Source of the DNA: Salinispira sp.
GTDB taxonomy: Bacteria > Spirochaetota > Spirochaetia > DSM-27196 > Salinispiraceae
DNA length: 64,000 nucleotides
Direction: 5' to 3'
Assembly (NCBI GenBank): GCA_965602015.1
Contig: OZ271918.1
Coordinates: 2,848,001-2,912,000 of the forward strand
The notes beneath the pieces are model-generated. The model was not told the origin of the DNA. It worked only from the letters and a program-made list of their open reading frames with translations, and made no database searches. The number at the start of each line of letters is the position of its first letter. Position 1 is the first letter of the stretch. The position numbers and the translations under genes are program-made. Shown here piece after piece: positions 19,333 through 29,600 of this stretch.

Positions 19333-21049
19333 ATCCGCCCCCGAGGCGGGCTGCCAGGCTCCGCAGTTCGTCCGCCGAGGATGCGGCGAGAATTTGCTGC
19401 CTGGTTTCCCCCAGCTCCCGTCGGGACAGGCCGCGGATCCGCTCCTTGATTTCCGGAACCGAAACCGGAGCCATGCTGAACTCATCCAGCCCAAGCCCGA
19501 GGAGCAGCGGGAGCGCCAGGGGATCTCCCGCCATTTCCCCGCACATGCCGACCCAACGCTCGCGGGCGTGGGCGGCCTGTAAAACCATGTCGATAAGCCG
19601 GATGACCGCCGGTTGAAAGTAGTCGGCCAGGGGGGCAACCCGTTCATTTGTCCGGTCGGCAGCGAGGGTATACTGGGTCAGATCATTGGTGCCGATGCTG
19701 AAAAAATCCACATGGGGGGCGAAAAGATCCGCGGCCAGGGCGGCGGAGGGAATCTCAATCATTATCCCCAGCTGGGGACGGGCGTTGTGTTCAATTCCCG
19801 CATTGCCAAGTTCGGCGAGCAAATCGCCCACTATCTTTCTGAGATAGATGAATTCCTCGAAGTGGGCGATCATGGGAAACATTATCCGCAGGTCGCATCC
19901 GGCGCCGGCTCGAAGAACTGCTCGGAGCTGGGGAAACAGGAGTTTTTCCGGGTGGGTCAGGGCCAGCCGGACGGCCCGTTCGCCCAGGAAGGGGTTCTGC
20001 TCCGCCGGCATTTCAATACTCGGCAGCTGCTTATCTCCCCCCACATCGAGTGTCCGTACGACGATAGGACGCGTGCCCATTTCGGCAAAAATCTCCCGGT
20101 ACTGGCGGTATTGCTCTTCCTCGCCCGGCAGGGACGGACGCTCGAGAAACAGAAACTCCGTGCGAAACAGCCCCACCCCGTCGGCACCGAACTCATTTGC
20201 CTGCTTGGCGTCATTAAGGTTTCCGATATTCGCAGCCACTTCTATGGTGCTTCCGTCGGCGGTGGTAGCAGGCTTCCTGGCAAGGGCCTTTAGTTTTTGC
20301 CGGTGCTCGCCAAACTCCTTGGCCATTCGCCGGTATTCCTCCTCAACCTGCTCGTTGGGATAAGTAATGACCGCGCCGCTGCTGCCGTCGACGGCGATGC
20401 GGCTTCCGTTCTCAGCGTGAATTTCGCCGATGCCGACCACCGCGGGAATGCCCAGCCCCCGGGAGAGAATGGCCGTATGGCTTGTGGCGCTTCCCAGCCT
20501 GGTGCAGATAGCGAGGGAAGTTCCCGGTGCGAGATGGGCGGTGTCAGTTGGGGTGAGGTCGTCGGCGAGGATTACCGAGGGCTCGGAAAGGTCGGCCAGG
20601 CTGGCATCCTGCACATCCAGAAGAAGGGCCAGCAGGCGGCGGGCCAGGTCCTGAATGTCGGCAATCCGGCCTTGAAAATACTCATCCTCGATTTCGCCAA
20701 ACTCGGCGCAGAGCTGATCGGACACAACTTCTACGGCGTGGGCCGCCCGGTAAGCTTCATCGGCGACCAAACGGCGGATTTCTTCTCCGTAGGACGGATC
20801 TTCGAGAAACTCGAGCTGGATTGCGAATACTTCCACCTCTTCATAGCGCTCCCGCTCCTCCATCAGTTCCACCAGACCGGAAATGTCGCTGGAGGCCCGG
20901 GTCATGGCCGCCTCCAGCCTGTCCTGTTCGGCCTGGCGGTCCCCGGAGAGATCGCGCAGTATCAGTGACTTGAGGTCCTGCTTTACATAGTTAAAAACCG
21001 GACCGACGGCAATGCCCGGACTTGCGGCAATTCCTTTGTATTCGGTCAT
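19331..21049 (-). CDS. ptsI: PTS enzyme I
   Basis: GIAASPGIA.G, TSHTAI phospho-His, GVGLFRTEFL, SIGTNDL, GMCGE. Confidence 0.96.
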   Translation of the reverse strand: MTEYKGIAASPGIAVGPVFNYVKQDLKSLILRDLSGDRQAEQDRLEAAMTRASSDISGLVELMEERERYEEVEVFAIQLEFLEDPSYGEEIRRLVADEAYRAAHAVEVVSDQLCAEFGEIEDEYFQGRIADIQDLARRLLALLLDVQDASLADLSEPSVILADDLTPTDTAHLAPGTSLAICTRLGSATSHTAILSRGLGIPAVVGIGEIHAENGSRIAVDGSSGAVITYPNEQVEEEYRRMAKEFGEHRQKLKALARKPATTADGSTIEVAANIGNLNDAKQANEFGADGVGLFRTEFLFLERPSLPGEEEQYRQYREIFAEMGTRPIVVRTLDVGGDKQLPSIEMPAEQNPFLGERAVRLALTHPEKLLFPQLRAVLRAGAGCDLRIMFPMIAHFEEFIYLRKIVGDLLAELGNAGIEHNARPQLGIMIEIPSAALAADLFAPHVDFFSIGTNDLTQYTLAADRTNERVAPLADYFQPAVIRLIDMVLQAAHARERWVGMCGEMAGDPLALPLLLGLGLDEFSMAPVSVPEIKERIRGLSRRELGETRQQILAASSADELRSLAARLGGG

Positions 21050-21128
21050 CCTCGCTCCGCCCTCTATTATATAAATGTAATGTATAAAAGAATGTCTGTT
21101 TTACACGGCTGTCGTATGCGGATATCCG

Positions 21129-21398
21129 TTATTCCTCGCTACTGGCGAGAAACTCGCCAAGGGCGTCGGCAGCTTTTTGCTCGTCCGGACCGTCGAGGGT
21201 CAGTTCTACCTGATGGTCCTGGGCGCAGGCGATTTTCATCACCTTTACCAGACTCTTTGCGTCGACCTGTTCACCATCCCGGGTGAGGTTTCGAATCCTG
21301 ATGGTCGCATCGAAGGATTTTGCGAGTTTAACGAATTTGCCCGCCGGCCGGGCGTGAAGCCCGACGGCGAACAGCACGGTATGCGTGGCGGTGATCAT
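21129..21398 (-). CDS. ptsH: HPr phosphocarrier
   Basis: GLHARPA (His15) and DAKS (Ser46). Confidence 0.95.
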   Translation of the reverse strand: MITATHTVLFAVGLHARPAGKFVKLAKSFDATIRIRNLTRDGEQVDAKSLVKVMKIACAQDHQVELTLDGPDEQKAADALGEFLASSEE

Positions 21399-22693
21399 GC
21401 GCCCTCCCGCTTGATGGTTTTCTCCTGAAGGGTTCTCAGATGATATATTGTGGTGGTCGTATCGATATCCACATCGGAGTAGGTTACCGGTTCGCCGGCC
21501 TTTACATCGTTTTTTATCACCGCATTGGGCGCGAGGCCCAGGGGCAACAGGTCCTGTTCTGCAGCGATCTTCGAACTCTCAATCATGCCGTACACCGTAA
21601 ACCCTCCGAGGGCGTCGATGACGTCACCCGCCTTGAGGTCTTTCTTGGCATAGGTGACGGTTTCGCACACCGGATGAATGTCCGTGGCGATGGTGGTTTC
21701 GTTGTTGAGCACGGCCCGGGCGATGGAGACCGGGGTTTCAAGACTGGTTAGATGATAAGGCCGGTAAAGAGCCCAGTAGGGCCCGGGACCCATGCTGAGG
21801 TATTTCAGGTCACGGGCGAGCTTCGGATGGTCGGTTGTAAATATGACAAATACTCCCGGCGCAATTCCCCGGCAGTATTCCACCACCTGGGTTTTTGAAA
21901 GAACTCCGCCGTCTTTTTTCGGTATAAAGACGTCCTGCAGGGTTTTTGGGCCCGCCTCGGGACCGTGCATCCCCCGGACGTCGGGAACGAAACCGATTGC
22001 GTTGCCCAGACTGGTCATTTCAACCATGGTTTTGGTTCCATCGACAAAACTGGAGAGCATTTTCGGGTTCATTTGCTGGGCCTTCGCCTTCTCGGCGAGG
22101 GTTTCGGGGTTGCCGCTCCGGTCCAGAGGATTATTTTTTCCCTTTCCCGCGGCGACGACTTCAAAGCCAAGACCCACGGCAAAATCGTAGAGTTCCATGG
22201 TGGTTCCCGGTTCGTCGCCGGCGGTGAGGGTGTAGACCACGCCGGCGGCCCTGGCCATTTTCCGGAGGATGTACCCCACGGTGGCGTCGGTTTCCACATT
22301 CATCTGCAATACATGCTTTCGGTTGAGAATGGCCTCGTAGGCGATTTGCGCGCCGATTTCCGGTATGCCGGTGGCTTCGACAACGATATCAAGATCGGGG
22401 ATGCGGCTGATAATTCCCGCATCGGCGGTTCCCACATGTTTGCCGTCCCGAACCGCCTGACTTGCTGTGGCCAGATCATCTGTGAGAATATAATCGCTTT
22501 TTTCAAGACGCATGGATTTGAGTACGGCTTCCGGGCGCCCGGGCACCACATCGGCCACGGCAAATGCCCGCATACCGGTCATCAGCTCCATTTGGCAGGC
22601 AAGTCCTTCGCCCATCTGTCCGGCCCCGACTAACCCGACCTTTATGGTTTTTCCCTGTGCGGCGTAATCCCGCAAGGATTTTATCAGTTCCAT
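21395..22693 (-). CDS. NAD(P)-dependent oxidoreductase with C-terminal SAF domain (homoserine-dehydrogenase-like)
   Basis: GAGQMG, NVETD.TVG, GDEPG, GKGKNN, DGTKTM.EM, RPYHL, SAF-like AKKDLKAG tail. Confidence 0.85.
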   Translation of the reverse strand: MELIKSLRDYAAQGKTIKVGLVGAGQMGEGLACQMELMTGMRAFAVADVVPGRPEAVLKSMRLEKSDYILTDDLATASQAVRDGKHVGTADAGIISRIPDLDIVVEATGIPEIGAQIAYEAILNRKHVLQMNVETDATVGYILRKMARAAGVVYTLTAGDEPGTTMELYDFAVGLGFEVVAAGKGKNNPLDRSGNPETLAEKAKAQQMNPKMLSSFVDGTKTMVEMTSLGNAIGFVPDVRGMHGPEAGPKTLQDVFIPKKDGGVLSKTQVVEYCRGIAPGVFVIFTTDHPKLARDLKYLSMGPGPYWALYRPYHLTSLETPVSIARAVLNNETTIATDIHPVCETVTYAKKDLKAGDVIDALGGFTVYGMIESSKIAAEQDLLPLGLAPNAVIKNDVKAGEPVTYSDVDIDTTTTIYHLRTLQEKTIKREGA

Positions 22694-22694
22694 C

Positions 22695-23060
22695 TCACGC
22701 TCCTGTAATCTCGACCACTGAGCCCGGCCCAAGATCCGGCACCGGCTGCTGGGGGAGGTTGATGTCTCCCTGCATTTCCGCTTCCGCTAGTCCGTTGAAT
22801 TTCAATACAAGGTGGCCGAGGTTGGCCAGATTTTCATTGGCCACCGGACCCACTGCCAGTACCGGAAAGGCGGTTCCGTTGATGACAACCGAATCGCCGA
22901 CCACCACGGGAGATGCGGGCTTATCGGTGGTGGAATGGACAAAGGCGGTTTCCTGCAGCTCTTCGGGAGCATTAACGGCGAAAAAAACCAGAATGCCCTC
23001 GTCGACAAATTCCTGAGCGAGCTCGCCGACGGACTGTATCTCAGCGCGGTATTTCGTCAT
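22695..23060 (-). CDS. srlB: PTS glucitol/sorbitol-family EIIA
   Basis: NAPEEL.E...H, VG.VA..NL..LGH motifs. Confidence 0.9.
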   Translation of the reverse strand: MTKYRAEIQSVGELAQEFVDEGILVFFAVNAPEELQETAFVHSTTDKPASPVVVGDSVVINGTAFPVLAVGPVANENLANLGHLVLKFNGLAEAEMQGDINLPQQPVPDLGPGSVVEITGA

Positions 23061-23123
23061 GACGTCTCCTCGACATCCCAATAAGGTATGAGGCAATGCT
23101 TTATTTCATCAAAGTTGTGCGAT

Positions 23124-23154
23124 AAACGGCCGGGACTACACCCCGGCCGTTTTT
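23124..23154. terminator. intra-operon hairpin (terminator or mRNA stabiliser)
   Basis: AAACGGCCGGG/CCCGGCCGTTT stem. Confidence 0.6.
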
Positions 23155-23164
23155 GACTTGTCGC

Positions 23165-23662
23165 CTACTCGACGGGTTTGATATTCTCCGGCTTGACGCC
23201 GGACACGAAGTTTTCTTCGGTGATGTATTTCATCAGCGGCCCGGAAGGCGTTGCTGCGTGAATATCAATGGTCGGTATGCCCTTCATGGGGTACACGCCG
23301 ACCCGGGCGGTTCCGCCGCAGTCTATAACCGCTGCGGCGATTTCTCCGAAATCCGCCTTTGATTTGAATCCGTCAAAGGGTTCAGCTCCGGTGAGGTCTG
23401 CCAGTCGCTGGGCCACGGGATGGATGCCCCCACCGGTAACTGAGTATATCAGTCTCCGCGTACTGTTGGGGGCGATGGTCAGAGGACCACCCCATCCCTT
23501 GGTTCCAGCTTCTACCACGGCGGCCTTGAAGCCTTCACCGGGTTTGATGTCCGGTGCGGGCTTGGCGGGGCCGGCGGAGCTGGCTGCGGACGATGCGCTC
23601 GCCGCAGGTTTTTCAGGCGCGGATCCGATTAATGCTTTTTTTACACTGTCCCAGAATCCCAT
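23165..23662 (-). CDS. stand-alone glucitol-family EIIB (SrlE N-terminal domain)
   Basis: GWGGPL, VTGGG, DCGGTAR.G.YP.K, PSGPL..YI.E..FVSGV. Confidence 0.88.
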   Translation of the reverse strand: MGFWDSVKKALIGSAPEKPAASASSAASSAGPAKPAPDIKPGEGFKAAVVEAGTKGWGGPLTIAPNSTRRLIYSVTGGGIHPVAQRLADLTGAEPFDGFKSKADFGEIAAAVIDCGGTARVGVYPMKGIPTIDIHAATPSGPLMKYITEENFVSGVKPENIKPVE

Positions 23663-23679
23663 TTCCTACTCCTGTTTCC

Positions 23680-24222
23680 TTAGGCGTACATTCCGATGCT
23701 GGCTGCCCATGCGAGCAACACGGCAATTGGACCGGTGATCATACGGCTGAAAAGCACCGCAGGCACGCCGATCTCGACGGTATATGGCTCAGCTTCTCCC
23801 AATGAGAGGCCTACGGGAATAAAGTCACAACCTACCTGGGGGTTGATGGCGAACAGTGCGGGCAGGGCGTTTTGGGGGGCGATGTTTCCCCGTCCGATTT
23901 CAACACCGATGAGGGTACCGATAATCTGGGCAATAACCGCTCCGGGCCCCAGCAGCGGGGAGAGAATCGGGAATCCGACGATTATCGAGAGCACCAACAG
24001 ACCGACGAAACTGTTCGCCAGACCGGTCAGACCTTCGGAAATCCAGTTACCAACTCCGGTGGCCAATACGATACCGATGATCAGGGAGATAAATGCCATG
24101 AACGGCAGGACGTTCTTCACGACCTGATCTACCGAATCACGACCGGCCTGATACAGCTTTGCAACGACGCCGCCAACCGCGCGGCCGATGACTTCAAGTA
24201 CTTTTGCTACGGGATTTGCCAT
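23680..24222 (-). CDS. stand-alone glucitol-family EIIC2 (SrlE C-terminal membrane domain)
   Basis: [37 protein letters not shown]. Confidence 0.88.
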   Translation of the reverse strand: MANPVAKVLEVIGRAVGGVVAKLYQAGRDSVDQVVKNVLPFMAFISLIIGIVLATGVGNWISEGLTGLANSFVGLLVLSIIVGFPILSPLLGPGAVIAQIIGTLIGVEIGRGNIAPQNALPALFAINPQVGCDFIPVGLSLGEAEPYTVEIGVPAVLFSRMITGPIAVLLAWAASIGMYA

Positions 24223-24232
24223 ATCTTCCTCC

Positions 24233-24760
24233 TCAGTCCTTCTTCCACATGATGGCGGTGATACGCTCGGTAACAATACCGCGGATAAAAATTACCACCA
24301 AACCGATCAACAGGTAGCGGATCGCCAAATCACCCAGATTAAGACCCAGGGTGGTTATACCGGCGGCGATACCGGACCATACAAAAATCTCACCGGGATT
24401 GATGTGAGGGAAGATACCCAACGGAGGATGCACGTAGGATACCGCCGCATCGTAAAACGCCGGTTTGAACTTTTCGGGCAGGAACCGACCCATGGTGTAG
24501 GCCATCGGGTTGGTCAGAAAGAAGACCGACAGGAACGGCAGCAGGATGTACCGGATGGGGTAAAAAAGAATCCCGTCGCGGGCGGCCCATTCACCGACCT
24601 TGTTGATCTTGTCCGGACCGATCAGCGCGATAAGGGTGTTTACCGCGGTCATCAGAACGATGAGCAGTGGGATGATTCCAGTCACCAGGCCTAAAAACGT
24701 GTTTCCGCCTTCCTGGAATACCCCGATAAAATTATTCGCGAAGTTAGCTAAGGCTTCCAT
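24233..24760 (-). CDS. srlA: PTS glucitol-family EIIC
   Basis: [17 protein letters not shown] and [13 protein letters not shown]. Confidence 0.92.
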   Translation of the reverse strand: MEALANFANNFIGVFQEGGNTFLGLVTGIIPLLIVLMTAVNTLIALIGPDKINKVGEWAARDGILFYPIRYILLPFLSVFFLTNPMAYTMGRFLPEKFKPAFYDAAVSYVHPPLGIFPHINPGEIFVWSGIAAGITTLGLNLGDLAIRYLLIGLVVIFIRGIVTERITAIMWKKD

Positions 24761-24829
24761 AGCTCCTCCTATAATTTTTTTCCCGTCAACGACGGGGTTT
24801 GCACTGTGTTATGAGCCTGCCTGAATCCC

Positions 24830-25336
24830 TTATGCTCCGGCAGCCACTTCATTTTTTTTGCCTGATCCGGCCTCTTTGGCCTCTTCTGTTTCTTTGGCCT
24901 CTTCTGTTTCTTTGGTCTCTTCTGTTTCTTTGGCCTCTTCCGCTTCCTCAGCCAGCCTGCGGTCATGTCGGGCGATGAACTGAGCGGCGTTCATAAATGC
25001 GCTCCAGAGTTTCTTAGATACGCCGGGGACCGGGTCGTCCTGCTCGAACCTGCTGAGATGAAGTCCTTCGAGCTCGGGCACGTCCTTCAGGTTCGCGAAT
25101 ACCGTAAATCCCGTCAGGCTCTGAGCTCTGACCACATTACGTTCATCGTCGCAGACCAGAACTCCGTATTTTTTCAGGGTCCAGTTTCTGCCGCTTTGGC
25201 CCACCGCCGTCGCCGGCCCCAGCTTGCGCAAATTCGCCACCTGCTGATGAAAACGCTTGGTCTGCAGCAGGGAGAGAATGAGTTGGAGCATCCACACAAA
25301 GGCGAAGGCCAGGAAAAACAGTGACATGGGTCTCAT
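24830..25336 (-). CDS. gutM: GutM/SrlM-family protein with acidic repeat tail
   Basis: N-terminal TM helix ending Q..L...Q, G.TVFA motif; located immediately upstream of srlA. Confidence 0.75.
   Translation of the reverse strand: MRPMSLFFLAFAFVWMLQLILSLLQTKRFHQQVANLRKLGPATAVGQSGRNWTLKKYGVLVCDDERNVVRAQSLTGFTVFANLKDVPELEGLHLSRFEQDDPVPGVSKKLWSAFMNAAQFIARHDRRLAEEAEEAKETEETKETEEAKETEEAKEAGSGKKNEVAAGA
24873..24940. repeat. 18-bp tandem repeat (about 3.8 copies) encoding KETEEA
   Basis: TCTTTGG(C/T)CTCTTCTGTT units. Confidence 0.9.
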
Positions 25337-26313
25337 TTTTGACTCCTATCCGTACAATCTGTTCCGGCGGGGGCCTTCTTCAGAAGCTCGCCGGCGGTGT
25401 CGCTGTCGGTGACAAGCACATTGACATAGCAGCCCGCCACCGCCGCCCGGATGGCGTCGACCTTTTTCCGTCCGGCGGCCACGCCGATTACCCGGGGTAT
25501 ACTTCTCAGCGCCGCAATATCCATACCGATGACCCGGCGGTTAAAATCCAGGCTGAGCATCTCGCCCTCTCCATCCAGCTGATGAGCCAGAATATCTCCC
25601 ACCGAGCCTTCCTTGGCAAACTGGTCGAGGGTGCGCCGGTCTATCAGCTTCGCCTGCAAAAGGGAATTGATTGCCGGATCGATGGAACCGATACCGACAA
25701 GTGCAAGGTCGCAGCCACGAGCCAACTCGATGCTCTGCCGAATCACCGGCTCCGCAAGAAGGGCCTCTGCCACTTCAGGCCGACGAACAACCAGGGGAGC
25801 GGGAAAATATCGCTCGGCGGCCCCGGTCTTTTCGCCAAGTTCGCGGACTATTTCGCTGCCGTTGGCCGAAGGATCATCAAGGGAGGCGGCGCCGGAAAGC
25901 TGCACCACCGTCACACCCTTCAGGCTTTGGGGCTCAAGCTGGCGGATGACGTCGCGAATCGTCCGGCTCCAAGCCATACCCACTGTGAACCTGTCCTTGA
26001 GGGAATCAGCAAGACATTCGGCCCCGGCCTTGGCGAGAACCGTCAGGTTCAAATCAGGGGATTCCAGGCTCTGAACCACCCGGGCGTCCGCCAGGGAAAA
26101 GTGATGAATCAGCCGCTGTTCAAGGCCGGTCTGCCGGCTAATGGGGTATGCGATACGGATATCGACAATCTTTTGACTCCGGGCTTCGCTGATCATCTTT
26201 GAAACCATGGAGCGCGATTTCTTTATCCGCCGGGCAATATCAGCCTGACTCAAGCTGTCGAGAAAGTACCATTTGGCTACCTGTACCAGCACTTCGCTCT
26301 GTTTCATCGGCAT
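25333..26313 (-). CDS. SorC/DeoR-family sugar-binding regulator
   Basis: A..YF...LSQ.DIA HTH, GMAWSRT, GIGS, G..KV.AI.AA, LVTD. Confidence 0.92.
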   Translation of the reverse strand: MPMKQSEVLVQVAKWYFLDSLSQADIARRIKKSRSMVSKMISEARSQKIVDIRIAYPISRQTGLEQRLIHHFSLADARVVQSLESPDLNLTVLAKAGAECLADSLKDRFTVGMAWSRTIRDVIRQLEPQSLKGVTVVQLSGAASLDDPSANGSEIVRELGEKTGAAERYFPAPLVVRRPEVAEALLAEPVIRQSIELARGCDLALVGIGSIDPAINSLLQAKLIDRRTLDQFAKEGSVGDILAHQLDGEGEMLSLDFNRRVIGMDIAALRSIPRVIGVAAGRKKVDAIRAAVAGCYVNVLVTDSDTAGELLKKAPAGTDCTDRSQK

Positions 26314-26376
26314 TCACAAATGTGAATCGTTATTCACATCTGGTATTACGCTAAACCCCAATAACAGCGCTGTCAA
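26312..26376 (-). promoter_or_regulatory. PTS-operon promoter with overlapping palindromes (putative SorC operator)
   Basis: TTGACA-17-TAGCGT (26376-26348); palindromes ATTCACA-AA-TGTGAAT (26312-26327) and ATGTGAAT-N4-ATTCACAT (26320-26339). Confidence 0.6.
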
Positions 26377-26517
26377 GGAAATATTTTACAAGCCTGCAAT
26401 TTTTTTCTAAATGCCGTTCGGTTATTGATAATTTTTTCTCTATACATGTGGCGAATAATGAGCTTTTTTGTGATTTTGGCGAATATTAGCGTGTATGGCT
26501 GCGGGTACGCCGGCGGG

Positions 26518-27444
26518 CTACAGAAGCTGTTCGGCGCTGTGCGCGTCGGTTATCAGGGCTGTAACCCATCCGCCCTTGAGAACCGCGCGGATTGCACCGG
26601 TTTTAGCGTCGCCGCTGGCAATGAGAACAACATGGTCGAGCTTCTTCATTTCTTCCAGGGGAATATGGAGGATGCGGTCCGTCACTTCCCGGTTTACCGC
26701 CTGTCCCTCTGCATCGACGAAGGAGAAATTTATTGCCGCCACCGCCCCTGCCTCGCCCATGGTTTTTAAGTCGGCGGACGTAAAAATGGCATTTCGGGCC
26801 ATACTCGACTCAACTTCGATTCCCGAACAGCTCACCAGCCCAACATCAATGCGGTCCCATATTTCCCTTACCGATGCGAAACCTCGGCTGTCGTACAGGC
26901 TCCTGCATAGTTCAGGACTATCGTTGACTGCCGGAGCATTGACCAGGAAGGCCCGGCCTCCGAGCTTGTCTGCAAAAATCCGGGCAATACTGTTGGGGTA
27001 AATTCCGGTTTCGACGGTTCCCATGGCTCCCACCATGGGAATAACATCGGTTTCAAGTGGCGTGGGAACAGAGAGCGCTTCTCCCACGGCCTTCATGGTC
27101 TCTCCCCAACTCACTCCGAGGGTTCCGTGCATAGGCAGTATTCTCGGGAGCATCTCCCGCAAAGCCCCGGCGAGATTTTGCCGGTCAAGATCGTCGCCCT
27201 GATAACCCGGCGTAATAAGACATTCGTTTAGCCCGTAGCGCTTTTCGATTGCGGCTTCAAGCTCATCGAAGTTGTCTTTTACTTCGGCGATGCTGATTTT
27301 GACAATGCCCGATTCCCGGGCCCGGGACAAACCCCGGGACACCGATGCCACGGAAACGCTGAGTTTTTTTGCGATTTCACTCTGGGAGAGTCCGTCCATG
27401 TAATAGAGGCGTGCGATTTTATGTTCCAGCTTTAAATCCGACAT
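26518..27444 (-). CDS. SorC/DeoR-family sugar-binding regulator
   Basis: ARLYY..GLSQ.EIA, GVSWGET, LITD. Confidence 0.92.
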   Translation of the reverse strand: MSDLKLEHKIARLYYMDGLSQSEIAKKLSVSVASVSRGLSRARESGIVKISIAEVKDNFDELEAAIEKRYGLNECLITPGYQGDDLDRQNLAGALREMLPRILPMHGTLGVSWGETMKAVGEALSVPTPLETDVIPMVGAMGTVETGIYPNSIARIFADKLGGRAFLVNAPAVNDSPELCRSLYDSRGFASVREIWDRIDVGLVSCSGIEVESSMARNAIFTSADLKTMGEAGAVAAINFSFVDAEGQAVNREVTDRILHIPLEEMKKLDHVVLIASGDAKTGAIRAVLKGGWVTALITDAHSAEQLL

Positions 27445-27580
27445 CTTGACCGTCCGTAATTAGTATACTATTGACCGCTGGCAATTTCTTTCATGTATTG
27501 CAATTTTTTTCAGATGCAATTACCTTATAGTCAAAAGAAAAATCCCCGGAAGCATACCCCGATGGTCGAGGAGCGTAAAT

Positions 27581-28585
27581 ATGGCCAAGAAAAATACCGG
27601 ACAAACCGGCAAAGGCAGACTTGCCGAGGCGGAAATCTCCAAGGATTTGGCAGCTCACATGCTGGCTCGAATGTATGAAATCCGCAACTTCGAGGAGAAG
27701 GTCGCGTATTTTTTCAGCCGCGGCATGATACACGGCACCACCCATCTGTACGTGGGGGAAGAAGCCACCGCCGTGGGCATTATTTCCGCCCTGCGGGACG
27801 ACGACTGGATATCATCAACCCATAGGGGTCACGGACACACCATCGCAAAAGGTATAGACCTGAACCGGATGATGGCCGAATTGTTCGGCCGCGAGACCGG
27901 TTACTGCAAGGGCAAGGGCGGATCGATGCACATTGCCGATCTGACCCGCGGAAATCTGGGAGCCAATGGAATAGTCGGCGGCGGCATCCCGATCGCCACC
28001 GGCGCGGGCATTACCAGCAGGCTCAAGGGCCTGGACCGGGTATCGGTGTCCTTTTTCGGAGACGGGGCCATCAACGAAGGGAGCTTTCACGAATCGGTGA
28101 ACCTCGCCTCTGTCTGGGACCTTCCGGTGCTGTATGTTTGCGAGGACAATCAGTACGGAATGAGCATGAGCAGGCACAAGAGCATCAACCTTCAGGATTT
28201 GGCTGAGAGGGCAAAGGCTTACGGCATTCCGGGCAAAACGATAGACGGCAATGACGTTGTTCTTGTGTACAAGGAAGCCCGGGAAGCTCTGCAGCACGTG
28301 CGGAAAACCGGCCCCTCCCTCCTGGTATGCGAGACCTACCGATACCTGGGCCACTCAAAGAGCGACGCGAACCGATACCGCAGCAAGGAAGAGATTAACG
28401 AGTGGAAGAAAAAAGACCCCATCCCGAGATTACGGAAGGACATGATAGATAGCGGCATGTTCGGCGAAGACGAACTGGACGCCATCGAAAAAAAAGCCCA
28501 GGAAGACCTGGAGGCCGCAGTCGAGTTTGCCACAAACAGCCCTGAACCGCCGGTGGAAAGCCTGACCGACGACGTGTACGCCTGA
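27581..28585 (+). CDS. TPP-dependent dehydrogenase E1 alpha (AcoA/PdhA-like)
   Basis: HLYVGEEA, STHRGHGH, GKGGSMH, GDGA..EG.FHE TPP motif, YRY.GHS. Confidence 0.93.
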   Translation: MAKKNTGQTGKGRLAEAEISKDLAAHMLARMYEIRNFEEKVAYFFSRGMIHGTTHLYVGEEATAVGIISALRDDDWISSTHRGHGHTIAKGIDLNRMMAELFGRETGYCKGKGGSMHIADLTRGNLGANGIVGGGIPIATGAGITSRLKGLDRVSVSFFGDGAINEGSFHESVNLASVWDLPVLYVCEDNQYGMSMSRHKSINLQDLAERAKAYGIPGKTIDGNDVVLVYKEAREALQHVRKTGPSLLVCETYRYLGHSKSDANRYRSKEEINEWKKKDPIPRLRKDMIDSGMFGEDELDAIEKKAQEDLEAAVEFATNSPEPPVESLTDDVYA

Positions 28586-28607
28586 GAACCCCCGGAAGGA
28601 GTCATAA

Positions 28608-29600
28608 ATGCGAGAGATAACATACGCAGAAGCAATAAAAGAGGCCATGAGCATAGAAATGCGCAAAGACGAGAACGTATTTCTCATGGGCGAAGACATC
28701 GGCGTGTACGGCGGGGCCTTCGGCGTCTCGGTGGGGATGATTGAGGAATTCGGCGAAGAGCGGATTCGCGACACGCCCATCAGCGAGGCGGCAATTATGG
28801 GAGCCGCCATCGGAGCGGCGATTACCGGCATGCGGCCAATTGCTGAGATTCAGTTCTCGGATTTTCTCACGATTTCCATGGATCAGCTGGTAAACCAGGC
28901 GGCGAAAATCCGCTACATGTTCGGCGGCAAGGCAAAGGTGCCGCTGGTGGTACGGGCTCCCGCCGGCAGCGGCACCGGGGCCGCAGGACAGCACTCCTCG
29001 AGCATGGAGGCCTGGTATGCCCATGTTCCCGGGCTGAAGGTCGTAATTCCCTCGAGTCCCGCGGACGCCAAGGGACTTCTGGCCGCCGCCGTGGCGGATG
29101 ACAACCCGGTGGTTTTTCTCGAACAGAAACTGTTGTACCGGGTAAAGGGCGAGGTGCCCGAAGAACCCTACAGCATCCCCCTTGGCGTCAGCGATGTTAA
29201 GCGGAAGGGAGATGATCTCACCGTGGTCACCTGGGGCAGAATGGTGAACCGCTGCCTCGAAGCAGCCGAAGCGCTGTCGGAAAAAAATGTATCAGTTGAA
29301 ATCATCGATCCCCGGACCATCCTTCCCCTGGACACCGCGCCCATCATCGAATCGGTCAAAAAAACCGGCAGACTGCTCATCGTTCACGAGGCTGTACAGA
29401 CCGGAGGTTTCGGCGGCGAAGTTGCCGCACGGATCGCCGACTCAGAGGCGTTCTGGTATCTGGAAGCGCCGATAAAGCGCCTGGGCGGTTCGGATACCCC
29501 GATTCCATACAATCCGAAGCTTGAGGCGGCGGCGGTTCCCACCCCGGAGAAAATCATGGCGAAGTGCGAGGAACTGGCGGCCATGGGCCGGGGGGCGTAA
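28608..29600 (+). CDS. TPP-dependent dehydrogenase E1 beta (AcoB/PdhB-like)
   Basis: GEDIG.YGG, DTPISE, NQAAK.RYM.GG, QHS. Confidence 0.93.
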   Translation: MREITYAEAIKEAMSIEMRKDENVFLMGEDIGVYGGAFGVSVGMIEEFGEERIRDTPISEAAIMGAAIGAAITGMRPIAEIQFSDFLTISMDQLVNQAAKIRYMFGGKAKVPLVVRAPAGSGTGAAGQHSSSMEAWYAHVPGLKVVIPSSPADAKGLLAAAVADDNPVVFLEQKLLYRVKGEVPEEPYSIPLGVSDVKRKGDDLTVVTWGRMVNRCLEAAEALSEKNVSVEIIDPRTILPLDTAPIIESVKKTGRLLIVHEAVQTGGFGGEVAARIADSEAFWYLEAPIKRLGGSDTPIPYNPKLEAAAVPTPEKIMAKCEELAAMGRGA

